Notes under the pieces: generated by a model | Told to the model about the DNA's origin: nothing | Database searches by the model: none | Seen by the model: only the letters and a program-made list of their open reading frames with translations | Translations under genes and position numbers: made by a program | Assembly: GCA_021789695.1 (NCBI GenBank) | Contig: JAJYJH010000008.1 | Span: forward strand, 8,595 to 72,594 | DNA from: a bacterium | GTDB lineage: Bacteria > Elusimicrobiota > Elusimicrobia > Elusimicrobiales > UBA9959 | Reading direction: 5' to 3' | DNA length: 64,000 bases | Shown here: positions 9,672 through 21,463 of the stretch, piece after piece | Numbering within the stretch: the first letter of the stretch is position 1 | Layout: each line of letters opens with the position of its first letter

Positions 9672-10721
9672 CTAGGTGAAGGTCTCCAGGTGGGTGTGAA
9701 GGCCGTGGTTGCGGATATGCCTCATGGCCGCGGCGTGCTGTTTTTCGGCGCGGGCGGTTTGCCCCATCAGGTAGTAGAGCTCGGCCAGCGAGAGCATCGT
9801 GAGAGCCTCTCCGCGCGGCTCGGAACGGCCTTTGAAGAGCTTCGCCGCGCTCCGGTAGTTCCTAAGCGCGCCAGGGAAGTCCCCGTTCTTTCTGTTTATC
9901 TCCCCCATCCCCCACTCTACGAAACCCAGGTCGGCCCAGTCGGAGAGAGAAGAGTACAACTTGTGTGCGCGCTCGTAACCGGCGAAGGCCTCGTCCAGGC
10001 GGCCGAGCTGGCGCAGAACGTTGGCCGTACCGCACTCGGCGTAGGCCTTGGCGAAAGTATCGTCGGTCTCCGCGAAGAACTTCCTGGCGCGCGCGTAGGA
10101 GTCCAGTGCCCCGCCCATGAAGCCGGCCACCCGCAGTATGCCGCCCAGGCCGAAAAGCGCGTAGGCCGCCGCCGCGCCGTCGCCGGCTTTTTCAGCCGCA
10201 CGCAGCGCTCCCTTGAATGCCGCTATCCCCTTCTCATAACGTCCCTGAAGCCTGTGGAGGCCGCCCAGCGCCCACAGGGCGAAAGCCTGGCCGGCGAGAT
10301 CCTTCTCCCTGCTATAGCCCCTATAAAGCCCTTCCAGCAGTTTCTCGGCCGCGCCCAGGCGGCCAGCAAGCCGCAGCGCCAGCGCCCACTCCAGCCGCGC
10401 GTCCGCTTTGGAGACGCCGAGCTTCGTTGAAAATCCCAGCGCTTTCTTCGCCGCCTTGAAAGCCCCCTTCTCATCCCCCAACGCCCTGAAGCAGCGCGCC
10501 TCGCTCAGCAGCGCCCCCAGCAAAAGCACGGCATCGCTTCCGGCGGCCTTCCGAGCGGCCGCATAATCCTTAAGAGCCTCGCCGAAGAACCCGAGCCCCC
10601 GCAGCGCCTCCCCTCTCATGAAGAGCCAGCGTCCCCGCTCCGCGCCAGGCGGCACATCCCCCAGGGCCTTCAACGCCTTCGCAAATTTCCCGTTATCAAG
10701 GAGCTGTTCTATCTTATCCAT
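9672..10721 (-). CDS. Tetratricopeptide repeat protein
   Basis: Repeated A/G/Y-rich TPR helices throughout. Start taken at MDKIEQLL (10721). Confidence 0.65.
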   Translation of the reverse strand: MDKIEQLLDNGKFAKALKALGDVPPGAERGRWLFMRGEALRGLGFFGEALKDYAAARKAAGSDAVLLLGALLSEARCFRALGDEKGAFKAAKKALGFSTKLGVSKADARLEWALALRLAGRLGAAEKLLEGLYRGYSREKDLAGQAFALWALGGLHRLQGRYEKGIAAFKGALRAAEKAGDGAAAAYALFGLGGILRVAGFMGGALDSYARARKFFAETDDTFAKAYAECGTANVLRQLGRLDEAFAGYERAHKLYSSLSDWADLGFVEWGMGEINRKNGDFPGALRNYRSAAKLFKGRSEPRGEALTMLSLAELYYLMGQTARAEKQHAAAMRHIRNHGLHTHLETFT

Positions 10722-10791
10722 AAAATGTCCCTTTAAACTCCGCTTCGGCGGAACCGGAAGGGGAACCGCGCCGGAAGAATAAAAAACCTCA

Positions 10792-11586
10792 TTAGGCCCG
10801 GCCCCATACAAGCTTCCTGCAAGCCTTATCCAGCGGACAACCGGCGCAGAGAGGATTTGACTTTTTGCAGAAATCCTTGCCCAGCTTCACCAAAAGGGCG
10901 TGATATTCATTATACACTTTTACGTCGGGAACCAGCGCCGCCTCGAACAGTTCCTGCCAAGCGCCGTACGAAAGCCCGCGCCCCAGTCCCAGCCGCTCCC
11001 CGATACGCCGCGTGTATGCGTCCACGACAAAGGAGGCCTTTGCGCCCGCGTAGAGCGCCATGGAATCAGCCGTCTCCGGTCCCACGCCCTTGTAGGAGAG
11101 CAGTTCCGCCCGCAGGTCTTCAGTGCGCGCCGCAGAGAACCAGGCCTCGAGACCCTCGGGGTGCTCCGCCAGGGCCCGCCGGCAAAATTCCCTGAGCCGC
11201 CGCGCCTTCTGCCTGAAATAACCGCTGCTGCGCAGCGCGCGCTCCAGCCGCGGCAAGGGGCAGGACGCTATCTTCTCCGGCGCCATCAGCCCTTCCGCCC
11301 GGAGCGCTTTCAGCGCCTTCTCCACGTTGGTCCAGGCAGTGTTCTGCGTCAGGACGGCCCCCGCGCATATCTCAAACATCCCCCCCTCGGCCACCGGTCC
11401 GTAGAATCCGGGCGTATACACCGGCTCCGGCCGCCCTGCGGGAGTGACCGGCCACCAGCCTTGCGGGCCGAAAGCCTTCAACAGAAGGGAATAGGCCCGT
11501 CTTATTATTCGGGGAGCAGCCGCTTTATCTCCCGGAGCAGGTCGTCCAGGTTGTACGGCTTCTTCATGAAGTTGCGCGCGCCGCAT
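10792..11586 (-). CDS. Endonuclease III-like HhH-GPD base-excision protein with a C-terminal Fe-S Cys cluster
   Basis: FGPQGWWPV, AVLTQNTAWTNVEKAL, and C-terminal CKKSNPLCAGCPLDKAC. Confidence 0.65.
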   Translation of the reverse strand: MRRAQLHEEAVQPGRPAPGDKAAAPRIIRRAYSLLLKAFGPQGWWPVTPAGRPEPVYTPGFYGPVAEGGMFEICAGAVLTQNTAWTNVEKALKALRAEGLMAPEKIASCPLPRLERALRSSGYFRQKARRLREFCRRALAEHPEGLEAWFSAARTEDLRAELLSYKGVGPETADSMALYAGAKASFVVDAYTRRIGERLGLGRGLSYGAWQELFEAALVPDVKVYNEYHALLVKLGKDFCKKSNPLCAGCPLDKACRKLVWGRA

Positions 11587-11876
11587 TGTTTGGCCTTCTC
11601 CATGCTTTCCGGGGTATCCAGGGTCGAAATTATCAGCACCGGGGTGTGGCGGGTCAGGTTGTCGCGCATCAGCGCGTTGCAGACCTCGTAGCCGTTGAGC
11701 TTCGGCAGCAGCAGGTCCAGAAGTATCAGGTCCGGCCTCTCGCGGCGGGCCAGGGCCAGTCCGGAAACGCCGTCGGAAGCGTGCATCACGGCGTAGCCCT
11801 CGGCGGCCAGCACCTCCTTCAGCACCCCGGAAGCGGCCTTACTGTCCTCTATCATCACTATCTTGCGCGGGGTCAT
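11505..11876 (-). CDS. Single-domain response regulator (receiver only)
   Basis: KIVMIEDS, PDLILLDLLLPKLNG (phospho-acceptor Asp) and KKPYNLDDLL. No output domain. Confidence 0.8.
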   Translation of the reverse strand: MTPRKIVMIEDSKAASGVLKEVLAAEGYAVMHASDGVSGLALARRERPDLILLDLLLPKLNGYEVCNALMRDNLTRHTPVLIISTLDTPESMEKAKQCGARNFMKKPYNLDDLLREIKRLLPE

Positions 11877-12385
11877 TTCTTGCCGCCGTCCCTGTAAGCG
11901 GCCATCAGGCGTATGTAGTTCTGCTCCGACTTCAGCAGCCCGCCGCATTCTTCGGCCGTCAGTTCCCGCCTAACCTTGGCCGGCATCCCCATCACCATGC
12001 TGCGCGGCGGTATCCTGGACCCCGGCGGCACCAGGGCGCCGGCGGCGATTATACAGTATTCCCCGATCTCGCTCGCCATCACCACCGCCCCCATCCCTAT
12101 CAGGCAGTGCGCGCCGACGCGCGAGCCGTGCACCACGGCCGAATGACCGATAGTGACGCCCTCGCCTATCTTCACCGGAGTGCCGCCGTCGGGATGAACG
12201 CAGGCCAGGTCCTGCACGTTGGTACCGCGGCCTATTTCTATGCCGTCCACGTCGCCTCGTATGACCGCGCCCGGCCAGACAGAGACGTCGGCAGCCAGCC
12301 GGACCCGGCCGATGACGCAGGCCAAAGGATGCACCCAGGCGCCGGAGGCGATCTCCGGGGCCGTTCCCATGAACTTCTCCGTCAT
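11873..12385 (-). CDS. Gamma-carbonic-anhydrase-like / hexapeptide-repeat (LbH) protein
   Basis: Left-handed beta-helix hexapeptide repeats, GTNVQDLACVH and IGHSAVVHG. Confidence 0.75.
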   Translation of the reverse strand: MTEKFMGTAPEIASGAWVHPLACVIGRVRLAADVSVWPGAVIRGDVDGIEIGRGTNVQDLACVHPDGGTPVKIGEGVTIGHSAVVHGSRVGAHCLIGMGAVVMASEIGEYCIIAAGALVPPGSRIPPRSMVMGMPAKVRRELTAEECGGLLKSEQNYIRLMAAYRDGGKK

Positions 12386-13437
12386 CTTCCCCTCCCGTGG
12401 CGGGAATGCGCGCCGGAGTACTTCGGCTCCGTGGCGTGAAGCCACCAATAGACCAGGATGCTGGCAAAGGCCGGCAGCAGATAATAAAGGAAGCGGAAGA
12501 TGAGGCTGGCGGCCAGGGCCTGAGCCACCGGCACGCCCATTCCGGAGAAAGCCGCCGTCATAGCGGCCTCCATCGCTCCCAGCCCGCCCGGCAATATCGG
12601 TATCACGGTCATCACCATGCCGAACGCGAAGCCCGCGACCAGCATCGTAGCCCCCATGGAGACACCGAGGGCCTTGAAGGCGAAATAGAGTATAAGTATG
12701 TTACTGAGCCAGTCCGCGAAGATATAGCCGATGACCACAGGCAGCTCGAAGCGGCGGCTGTGTATCGTGCGGATACCCTCGTCCAACTGGCTCTCAAACT
12801 TGTCGAAGTTCTCGTGAGGGATCTCCCTCCTGGAAAAGAAATAGATGACCCGGTTGACAGCCAGGAAAATCTTGCGCCCCCAGGACGTGCGCAGTTCGTG
12901 ATGGAAGAAGAGCAGGGTCAGCAGGAAGGCGAAAGTCAGCACGGCCCCCACTCCTATGACCGACTCCAGTATACTGTGGTGGAATTCCGGCGTCTGCAGG
13001 AACTGCAGGACGGCTCCCTGCACCACTATGACGGCCAGCGAAAGGTAGATCAGGACGGTTATAACCACCGAGGAGGTGACGCTGGCGCCGTAGGGGACCT
13101 TGCGCTTGCCCAACAGGTGCGCCCGGGTGGCGAAACCGCTGATACCGGCGGAGGAGACGAAGTAGTTGACCGTGGTGGAGACGAAGGCCACCGAGAAGGT
13201 CTCCAGGAACGGCAGTCTGTGGCCCAGTATGCGCAGGACCTCCCACAGGGACAAACCCATCAGGATATAACTGGCTACGGAGAACAACAGCGAGCAGAAC
13301 AGGAAGAAAACATCGGCGGACTTCAGCGTGACCAGCAGGGAGTCCAGGTTGGGATATACCAGCCAGGCCAGGATGGCCAGGGAGAGCAATATGGGGGCGT
13401 AGACCGCCAGTTTCTTGCCCGCGGAGACCTTTTTCAT
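12382..13437 (-). CDS. Flippase-like / lysylphosphatidylglycerol-synthase TM-region family membrane protein
   Basis: About 8 TM helices and a UPF0104-like pattern ending in ...LPGGLGAMEAAM.... Confidence 0.55.
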   Translation of the reverse strand: MKKVSAGKKLAVYAPILLSLAILAWLVYPNLDSLLVTLKSADVFFLFCSLLFSVASYILMGLSLWEVLRILGHRLPFLETFSVAFVSTTVNYFVSSAGISGFATRAHLLGKRKVPYGASVTSSVVITVLIYLSLAVIVVQGAVLQFLQTPEFHHSILESVIGVGAVLTFAFLLTLLFFHHELRTSWGRKIFLAVNRVIYFFSRREIPHENFDKFESQLDEGIRTIHSRRFELPVVIGYIFADWLSNILILYFAFKALGVSMGATMLVAGFAFGMVMTVIPILPGGLGAMEAAMTAAFSGMGVPVAQALAASLIFRFLYYLLPAFASILVYWWLHATEPKYSGAHSRHGRGR

Positions 13438-13441
13438 AAAT

Positions 13442-13470
13442 TTGATAGAATCAGTTTATATAATTATACC
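13442..13470. promoter_or_regulatory. AT-rich divergent promoter region (flippase-like gene / nadB)
   Basis: The only AT-rich patch locally. TTGATA at 13442-13447 and TATAAT at 13459-13464 on the plus strand; TATAAT on the minus strand at 13468-13463. Confidence 0.35.
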
Positions 13471-13503
13471 CTTTCAGGGAAAGATGCGGGCCCGGAGAAA
13501 TCC

Positions 13504-15088
13504 ATGACGGCGCATGAATTCGACTTTATCGTGGTGGGAAGCGGGGCGGCCGGACTGGTAGCCGCGCGCGAACTGGCGGCTGCAGGCCGGGTGGCGGTCG
13601 TGACCAAGCGGGACCCGGAAATTTCCAACAGCAACCTGGCGCAGGGCGGCATAGCCGCGGTCACCGACCCCAACGACGATTTCAGCCTCCATATCGCAGA
13701 CACTCTACGCACCGGGGCGGGACTTTCCGACCCCCGAATAGTCAGGATGGTGATAACCGAAGGGCCGGAGCGGGTGCGGGAGCTGGTGGACCTGGGCGCC
13801 GAGTTCACGATGCGCAAGGGCAGCTTCGACCTGGGACTGGAGGGCGGCCATTCCCGGCGCCGCGTGCTGCACGCCGCCGACGCGACCGGGCGCGAGATAG
13901 AGCGGGCGCTGCTGGCCGCCTGCAGGGCGGAGCGCAACATCTCGTTCTTCCCCCATTTCTCGGCCGTGGACCTCATACTGGCCCGCCGGCCAAAGCGGGT
14001 CAGGCCGCAAAGCAACCTCTGTCTAGGCGTCTACGCGCTGGAGGAAGCCACCGGCAGAGTGCACAGTTTCCTGGCGCCTGTGACAGTACTGGCCTCCGGA
14101 GGCGCCGGCAAGGTCTACCGATACACGACCAACCCCGACGTCACCACCGGCGACGGCATGGCTATGGCCTGGCGCGCCGGCCTGCCGCTGGTCAACATGG
14201 AGTTCGTGCAGTTCCACCCCACTTGCCTCTACCACCCCCAGGAGAAGTCTTTCCTGATTTCCGAGGCGCTGCGCGGCGAGGGGGGCGTACTGCGCGGCGA
14301 AGACGGCAAGGCTTTCATGAAGGACTATTCCCGCTACCGGGAGCTGGCGCCCAGGGACATCGTGGCCCGGGCTATAGACTCCGAGTTAAAACGCACCGGC
14401 GCGGACTGCGTCTTCCTGGATATGACCCACCTGAAGGCCGCCTTCCTGCGGCGCCGCTTCCCGACCATTCACGCCAAGTGCCTGTCGCTGGGCATAGACA
14501 TGACCAAGGCCCCGATACCCGTGGTGCCGGCCGCCCATTTCTTCTGCGGCGGCGTGGGGACGGACGAGGACGGACGCACAAGACTGCCAGGGCTCTACGC
14601 CATAGGGGAGGCGGCGCACACCGGACTGCACGGTGCCAACCGCCTGGCCTCCAACTCGCTGCTGGAGGCTTGTGTCTTCGGCCACAGGGCGGCCGGAGCG
14701 ATCAAGGCGGCCGGCAAGCCCCCGCGCCGGGGAGCGAGGCCGGCCCATTGGACCACCGGCAACGCGCGCCCTTCGGACGAAGCCGTGGTAATAAAGCACA
14801 ACTGGGACGAGATCCGCACGCTGATGTGGAACTACGTCGGCATCGTGCGAAGTGACAAGCGCCTGGAACGCGCCAGCACCAGGATAAAGATAATCTCGGA
14901 CGAGATAGTGAAGTACTACTGGGATTTCCTGCCCACGCGCGACCTGCTGGAACTGCGCAACATCGCCTGTCTGGCCGACGTGATAATACGCTCCGCCCGC
15001 TCCAGGAAAGAGAGCAGAGGGCTGCATTACACCGTGGACTATCCAGCAGCCTCCGACAGGTTCAGGAGACCGACCGAGGTTGACAGGT

Positions 15089-15096
<8 letters not shown>
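13504..15096 (+). CDS. nadB: L-aspartate oxidase
   Basis: DFIVVGSGAAGL FAD fold, HFFCGGV and GANRLASNSLLE. GGAGAA lies before ATG 13504. The upstream 1.1 kb of the track ORF is rejected. Confidence 0.9.
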
Positions 15097-17898
<2,802 letters not shown>

Positions 17899-17902
<4 letters not shown>

Positions 17903-18642
17903 ACTTCCCCCGGCCCTCTTCGGGCGGTTGGCGCCGGCCGGAGGTCTCGGTCGTCATCCCTTGTCTCGACGAGGCCGAGAACGCAGCCTGCTACCCGGAG
18001 TCCCTTTTCCGCCCCCTCGAGGAAGCCCCCTTCGCCTGCGAACTGATATTCTCCGACGGTGGCAGTTCCGACGGCACCCCAGACGCGCTGGAGGAGGCGG
18101 CCGAAGGACGCTCCTGGGTGCGTGTCCTGCGCTCCGCCCGGAGACTCGCTTTCGGCGCATCCATCGCGCGGGCCCTGCCGTTCTGCTCCGGCGTGCATAT
18201 AGCCCTGATGGAGGCTGACCTCTCCTTCTCCCCGGCCGACCTGGTCCGCCTGCTCTCCGCGGCGGAGGCCGGCGGCTTCGACTGCGTCTGCGGCTCCCCT
18301 TTCCTGGGAAGTTTCGAGGGCCTTCCGCCGCTGCGCCGGCTGCTCACCGGCGCCGCCAACGGGTTGCTGCGGCTGCGTTTCGGGCCTTCGATTACCTCCT
18401 ATACCCAGATCTTCAAACTCTACCGGGCGGACGTTCTCCGCTCGCTGGATTTCGAGAGCACTGGCTTCGCGCTGGATGCCGAGCTGCTGGCCAAGTGCCT
18501 GGCCCGCGGCGGGCGCGTGGGAGAGGTCCCGGTCACGATGCGTGCCAGGACCAGAGGGCGTTCAAAACTGGACATGGCGGGAGAGGTCTTCAGCTCCCTG
18601 CGCCTGCTGGCCAGGGGTGTCGCCTCCGGAGCCCGCCCATGA
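17899..18642 (+). CDS. Family 2 glycosyltransferase (polyprenyl-phosphate sugar synthase-like)
   Basis: VSVVIPCLDEAEN and SDGGSSDGT motifs. GTG overlaps the uvrA stop. Confidence 0.7.
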
Positions 18643-19832
18643 AACGTGCCCGTGTACTGCTGGTCACTCCCCGCTTTCCTTTTCCCTCTATCAGCGGCGG
18701 AGAGAAGTGGGCCGCCTCTCTGGCCTCCGGGCTGTCAGCCGCTCACGAGCTCTCCCTTTTTTCCTTCGCCGTACCCGGAGTCGAGGCTCATCAGACCGCT
18801 CTGGCCATGAGCCTGGAGGGAAAGACCTTCGCCAAGGTTTACCTGCTGCCCAAGCCGGAGCGCCGCGAGGCCGCGCCCCTCCCCTCCCTGCCGGGGGAAT
18901 ACTGGTCCTTTGCCGCCGCCGAGGCGCTACGGACCGCCGCAACCGAGACCGGGGCGGAACTGGTCCACATACTTTTTTCCGAGATGGCCGCCTACCAGGC
19001 CGCCCTTCCCCCCGAATTACCCGTGGTCTACACGGAGATAGATTCCAGTTATCTCTATCCCTGGAAGTATTACCTGCGCGGGAGCGCCGGTCTTAAAGGC
19101 TTCTTTAAGGCTGGGGAGTTCCTGCGCTCAAGGGCCTACGCCCGCCGCCACTACGGACGCTTCAGGGCGGTGACCGCCATCACGGCCAGCGACGGCAGGG
19201 ACATAGCCCGTTACCACCGGGCCGCCTTCACCGCGGTCACTCCCAACGCCGTGGTCCCGGAAGACTTCGCCCCCGTCCCCGGAGAGCAGCGCAGGCCCGG
19301 AAGTCTGCTCTTCGTCGGACATTACCCCCACTATCCCAACGAGGACGCGGCCCTGCGTCTTGCGCGCCGCATCTTCCCGCTGGTCAAGGCAGAGGTGCGC
19401 GGCGCCGCGCTGACGCTGGCCGGCTCCTCACCCACTCTTCCAGTGGCCGCCCTGGCCGGGCGCGACGTCTCGGTGCCCGGCACGGTAGCGGACATCCGCC
19501 CCTTCCTGCGCCGCGCCTCGGTGTTCGCCGCTCCGGTACGCTACGGCCTCGGTACGAAAGGCAAGATACTGGAGGCTTTCGCCGCTGGGCTGCCGGTGGT
19601 AGCCTCCCGCGAGGCGGCCGCCGGGGTCGAGCACGCCCGCATCGGAGAGCACCTGCTGGCGGCTTCCTCCGACTCGGATTTCGCGGCCAAGACCGCCGCC
19701 CTGCTAAAAGACTCCGCCCTGCGTGAAAGGCTGGCAGAAGCAGCCCTGGCGCTGGTCGACAGGGAATATTCCTTTTCCTCCGTCGTCTCGACGGTGTCGG
19801 AACTCTACCGAAGGGTCCTCGATGTCGCCTGA
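18639..19832 (+). CDS. Family 4 (GT-B) glycosyltransferase
   Basis: PRFPFPSISGGEKW N-terminus and C-terminal GLGTKGKILEAFAAGLPVVAS. ATGA overlap with GT2. Confidence 0.75.
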   Translation: MKRARVLLVTPRFPFPSISGGEKWAASLASGLSAAHELSLFSFAVPGVEAHQTALAMSLEGKTFAKVYLLPKPERREAAPLPSLPGEYWSFAAAEALRTAATETGAELVHILFSEMAAYQAALPPELPVVYTEIDSSYLYPWKYYLRGSAGLKGFFKAGEFLRSRAYARRHYGRFRAVTAITASDGRDIARYHRAAFTAVTPNAVVPEDFAPVPGEQRRPGSLLFVGHYPHYPNEDAALRLARRIFPLVKAEVRGAALTLAGSSPTLPVAALAGRDVSVPGTVADIRPFLRRASVFAAPVRYGLGTKGKILEAFAAGLPVVASREAAAGVEHARIGEHLLAASSDSDFAAKTAALLKDSALRERLAEAALALVDREYSFSSVVSTVSELYRRVLDVA

Positions 19833-20691
19833 AGCCCTGCACATAGAGCTGCTGCACTCCTGCCGGATGCGTTGCAGGGCATGCGACCACCGCCTGCTGG
19901 GCGGGGCCAGGCTGAAGACGGCGGACCTGCGCCGGGTTTTCTCCATGCCGGAACTTAAGGGACTCAGGCTGGTCTCCTTCTCCGGCGGCGAGCCGCTGCT
20001 CTACCCGGGACTGGCAGCGGCGCTGAAGAAGGCCGCGGCCGCTTTTCCAGCCGCGCGTCTGGTACTCCTCTCCTCTCTTTACGACACATCCGGGGCGCTG
20101 CGCCTGCTGCGCTCATTGCCCCCCCCCCTGCTGGCGCGTCTGCACCTGGGTTCGTCGCTGGACGGAAGCCCACGGATGCACGACGTCATGAGGGGACGCC
20201 CCGGCGCTTTCGCCGCCCTCAGGGCCTCGCTGACCGCGATCAAGCGGGAATTTCCCTCGCTCTCCGCCGGGCTCACCTTCACCGCCACGCGGCTCAATGC
20301 AGCGGTCTTTTACGAAGCCTGGGAACAGGCACGGGCGCTGGGAGTACCGCTGCTCCCCCAGTTCCTGGTCCCTAATCAAAACACCGCAGGCCTGGAACTG
20401 GACGAGCGCGCCAGGGTCCGGATGGCCGCCGGTCTCAGGCGCGTCCTGAGGCGGCGCCCAGAAGGCGCGGCCGAACTGCGCCAAGCGCTGGATTTTATAT
20501 CCGGGGGGCCGACCGGCCCGTGCGGGGCCGGGCTAACCTTCCTGATGCTTTCCCCGGAAGCCGAGTTCTACCTCTGCCCTCTCCACAAGGAGATACGGGC
20601 CCCGCTGAACAAGCCGGCCGCGCTGCGGCCTGCGGGCCCCGGCTACAGGTCCCGCCACTGTGCGGGCTGCTTTCTGCGCTGCGCCAGATAG
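19822..20691 (+). CDS. Radical SAM protein with a Cys-rich C-terminal (twitch/SPASM-like) region
   Basis: CRMRCRAC (CX3CX2C), GGEPLLYP, and C-terminal CGAG...LCPLH...HCAGCFLRC. Confidence 0.7.
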   Translation: MSPEALHIELLHSCRMRCRACDHRLLGGARLKTADLRRVFSMPELKGLRLVSFSGGEPLLYPGLAAALKKAAAAFPAARLVLLSSLYDTSGALRLLRSLPPPLLARLHLGSSLDGSPRMHDVMRGRPGAFAALRASLTAIKREFPSLSAGLTFTATRLNAAVFYEAWEQARALGVPLLPQFLVPNQNTAGLELDERARVRMAAGLRRVLRRRPEGAAELRQALDFISGGPTGPCGAGLTFLMLSPEAEFYLCPLHKEIRAPLNKPAALRPAGPGYRSRHCAGCFLRCAR

Positions 20692-20710
20692 GCTTTGATA
20701 TAATTGTGTT

Positions 20711-21463
20711 ATGAGGACGGCTTCCAGAAAACTCGTCGCGCTGGCCAGGGCGGAATGGAGACTGCGCCAGCAGAGCACCTTTCTCGGCTTCCTGTGGACG
20801 CTGCTCAATCCGGCGCTCATGTTCGCCGTGCTCTACGGGCTGTTCGTGAAATGGCTCGGAAGGGCGCAGGAAGGGTACGCCGTATTCCTGCTGATCGGCA
20901 TAGTGGAGTGGAATTTCTTCGCCACGGCCAGCACCTACGCCCTTTCCAGCCTGCTGCGGCGCGGAGCGCTGCTCAAGAACTACCCGCTGGCGCTGGAGGT
21001 GCCGGTCCTGGCCTCGGTACTGAGCGTCTATTTTTCGCACCTGCTCGAGTTGGCGGCTCTCGCCGGCTTACTCTCCGTCTTTCTGTCCCCGCCTTCAGGC
21101 TCGTGGCTGTGGCTGCTGCCGGTGGACGCCGCCTACCTGTTACTGACCGCCGGCGCCGGCCTGCTGCTGGCCGGGGCCTTCGTCTTCTTCTCGGACATGG
21201 AGCGTATCTGGAACATACTGCTCACCGCCGGCTTCTTCCTTACACCGGTCTTTTACCCGCTCGCCGTGATCGCCCCTGATAAACGCAGGCTGCTGGCGCT
21301 GAACCCGCTCACCTCTATAATAGAGGCGGCCCGCGCGGCCTTTTCTGGCGCATCCCCAGAGCCGGAGCGGCTGGCCGGGGCCTGGCTCTGGGGCGCCGCC
21401 GTCCTCGCCGGCGGCTTTCTTTTCATCAGGCTCAAGCGCGGCCCCATGGCTGACAGCCTATGA
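20711..21463 (+). CDS. ABC-2 type polysaccharide export permease (Wzm/TagG-like)
   Basis: FLGFLWTLLNPALMF signature region and six TM helices. Confidence 0.75.
   Translation: MRTASRKLVALARAEWRLRQQSTFLGFLWTLLNPALMFAVLYGLFVKWLGRAQEGYAVFLLIGIVEWNFFATASTYALSSLLRRGALLKNYPLALEVPVLASVLSVYFSHLLELAALAGLLSVFLSPPSGSWLWLLPVDAAYLLLTAGAGLLLAGAFVFFSDMERIWNILLTAGFFLTPVFYPLAVIAPDKRRLLALNPLTSIIEAARAAFSGASPEPERLAGAWLWGAAVLAGGFLFIRLKRGPMADSL

Noticed and set aside
12397-13503. The 5' 1.1 kb of the 899-aa plus-strand ORF that ends as nadB.
   Set aside because: This part is antisense to the flippase-like membrane gene. Its composition is Arg/Gly/Gln/His-rich and has no motifs. A proper ATG with GGAGAA at 13504 begins the recognisable NadB sequence. 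Long stop-free antisense frames are expected in GC-rich DNA.
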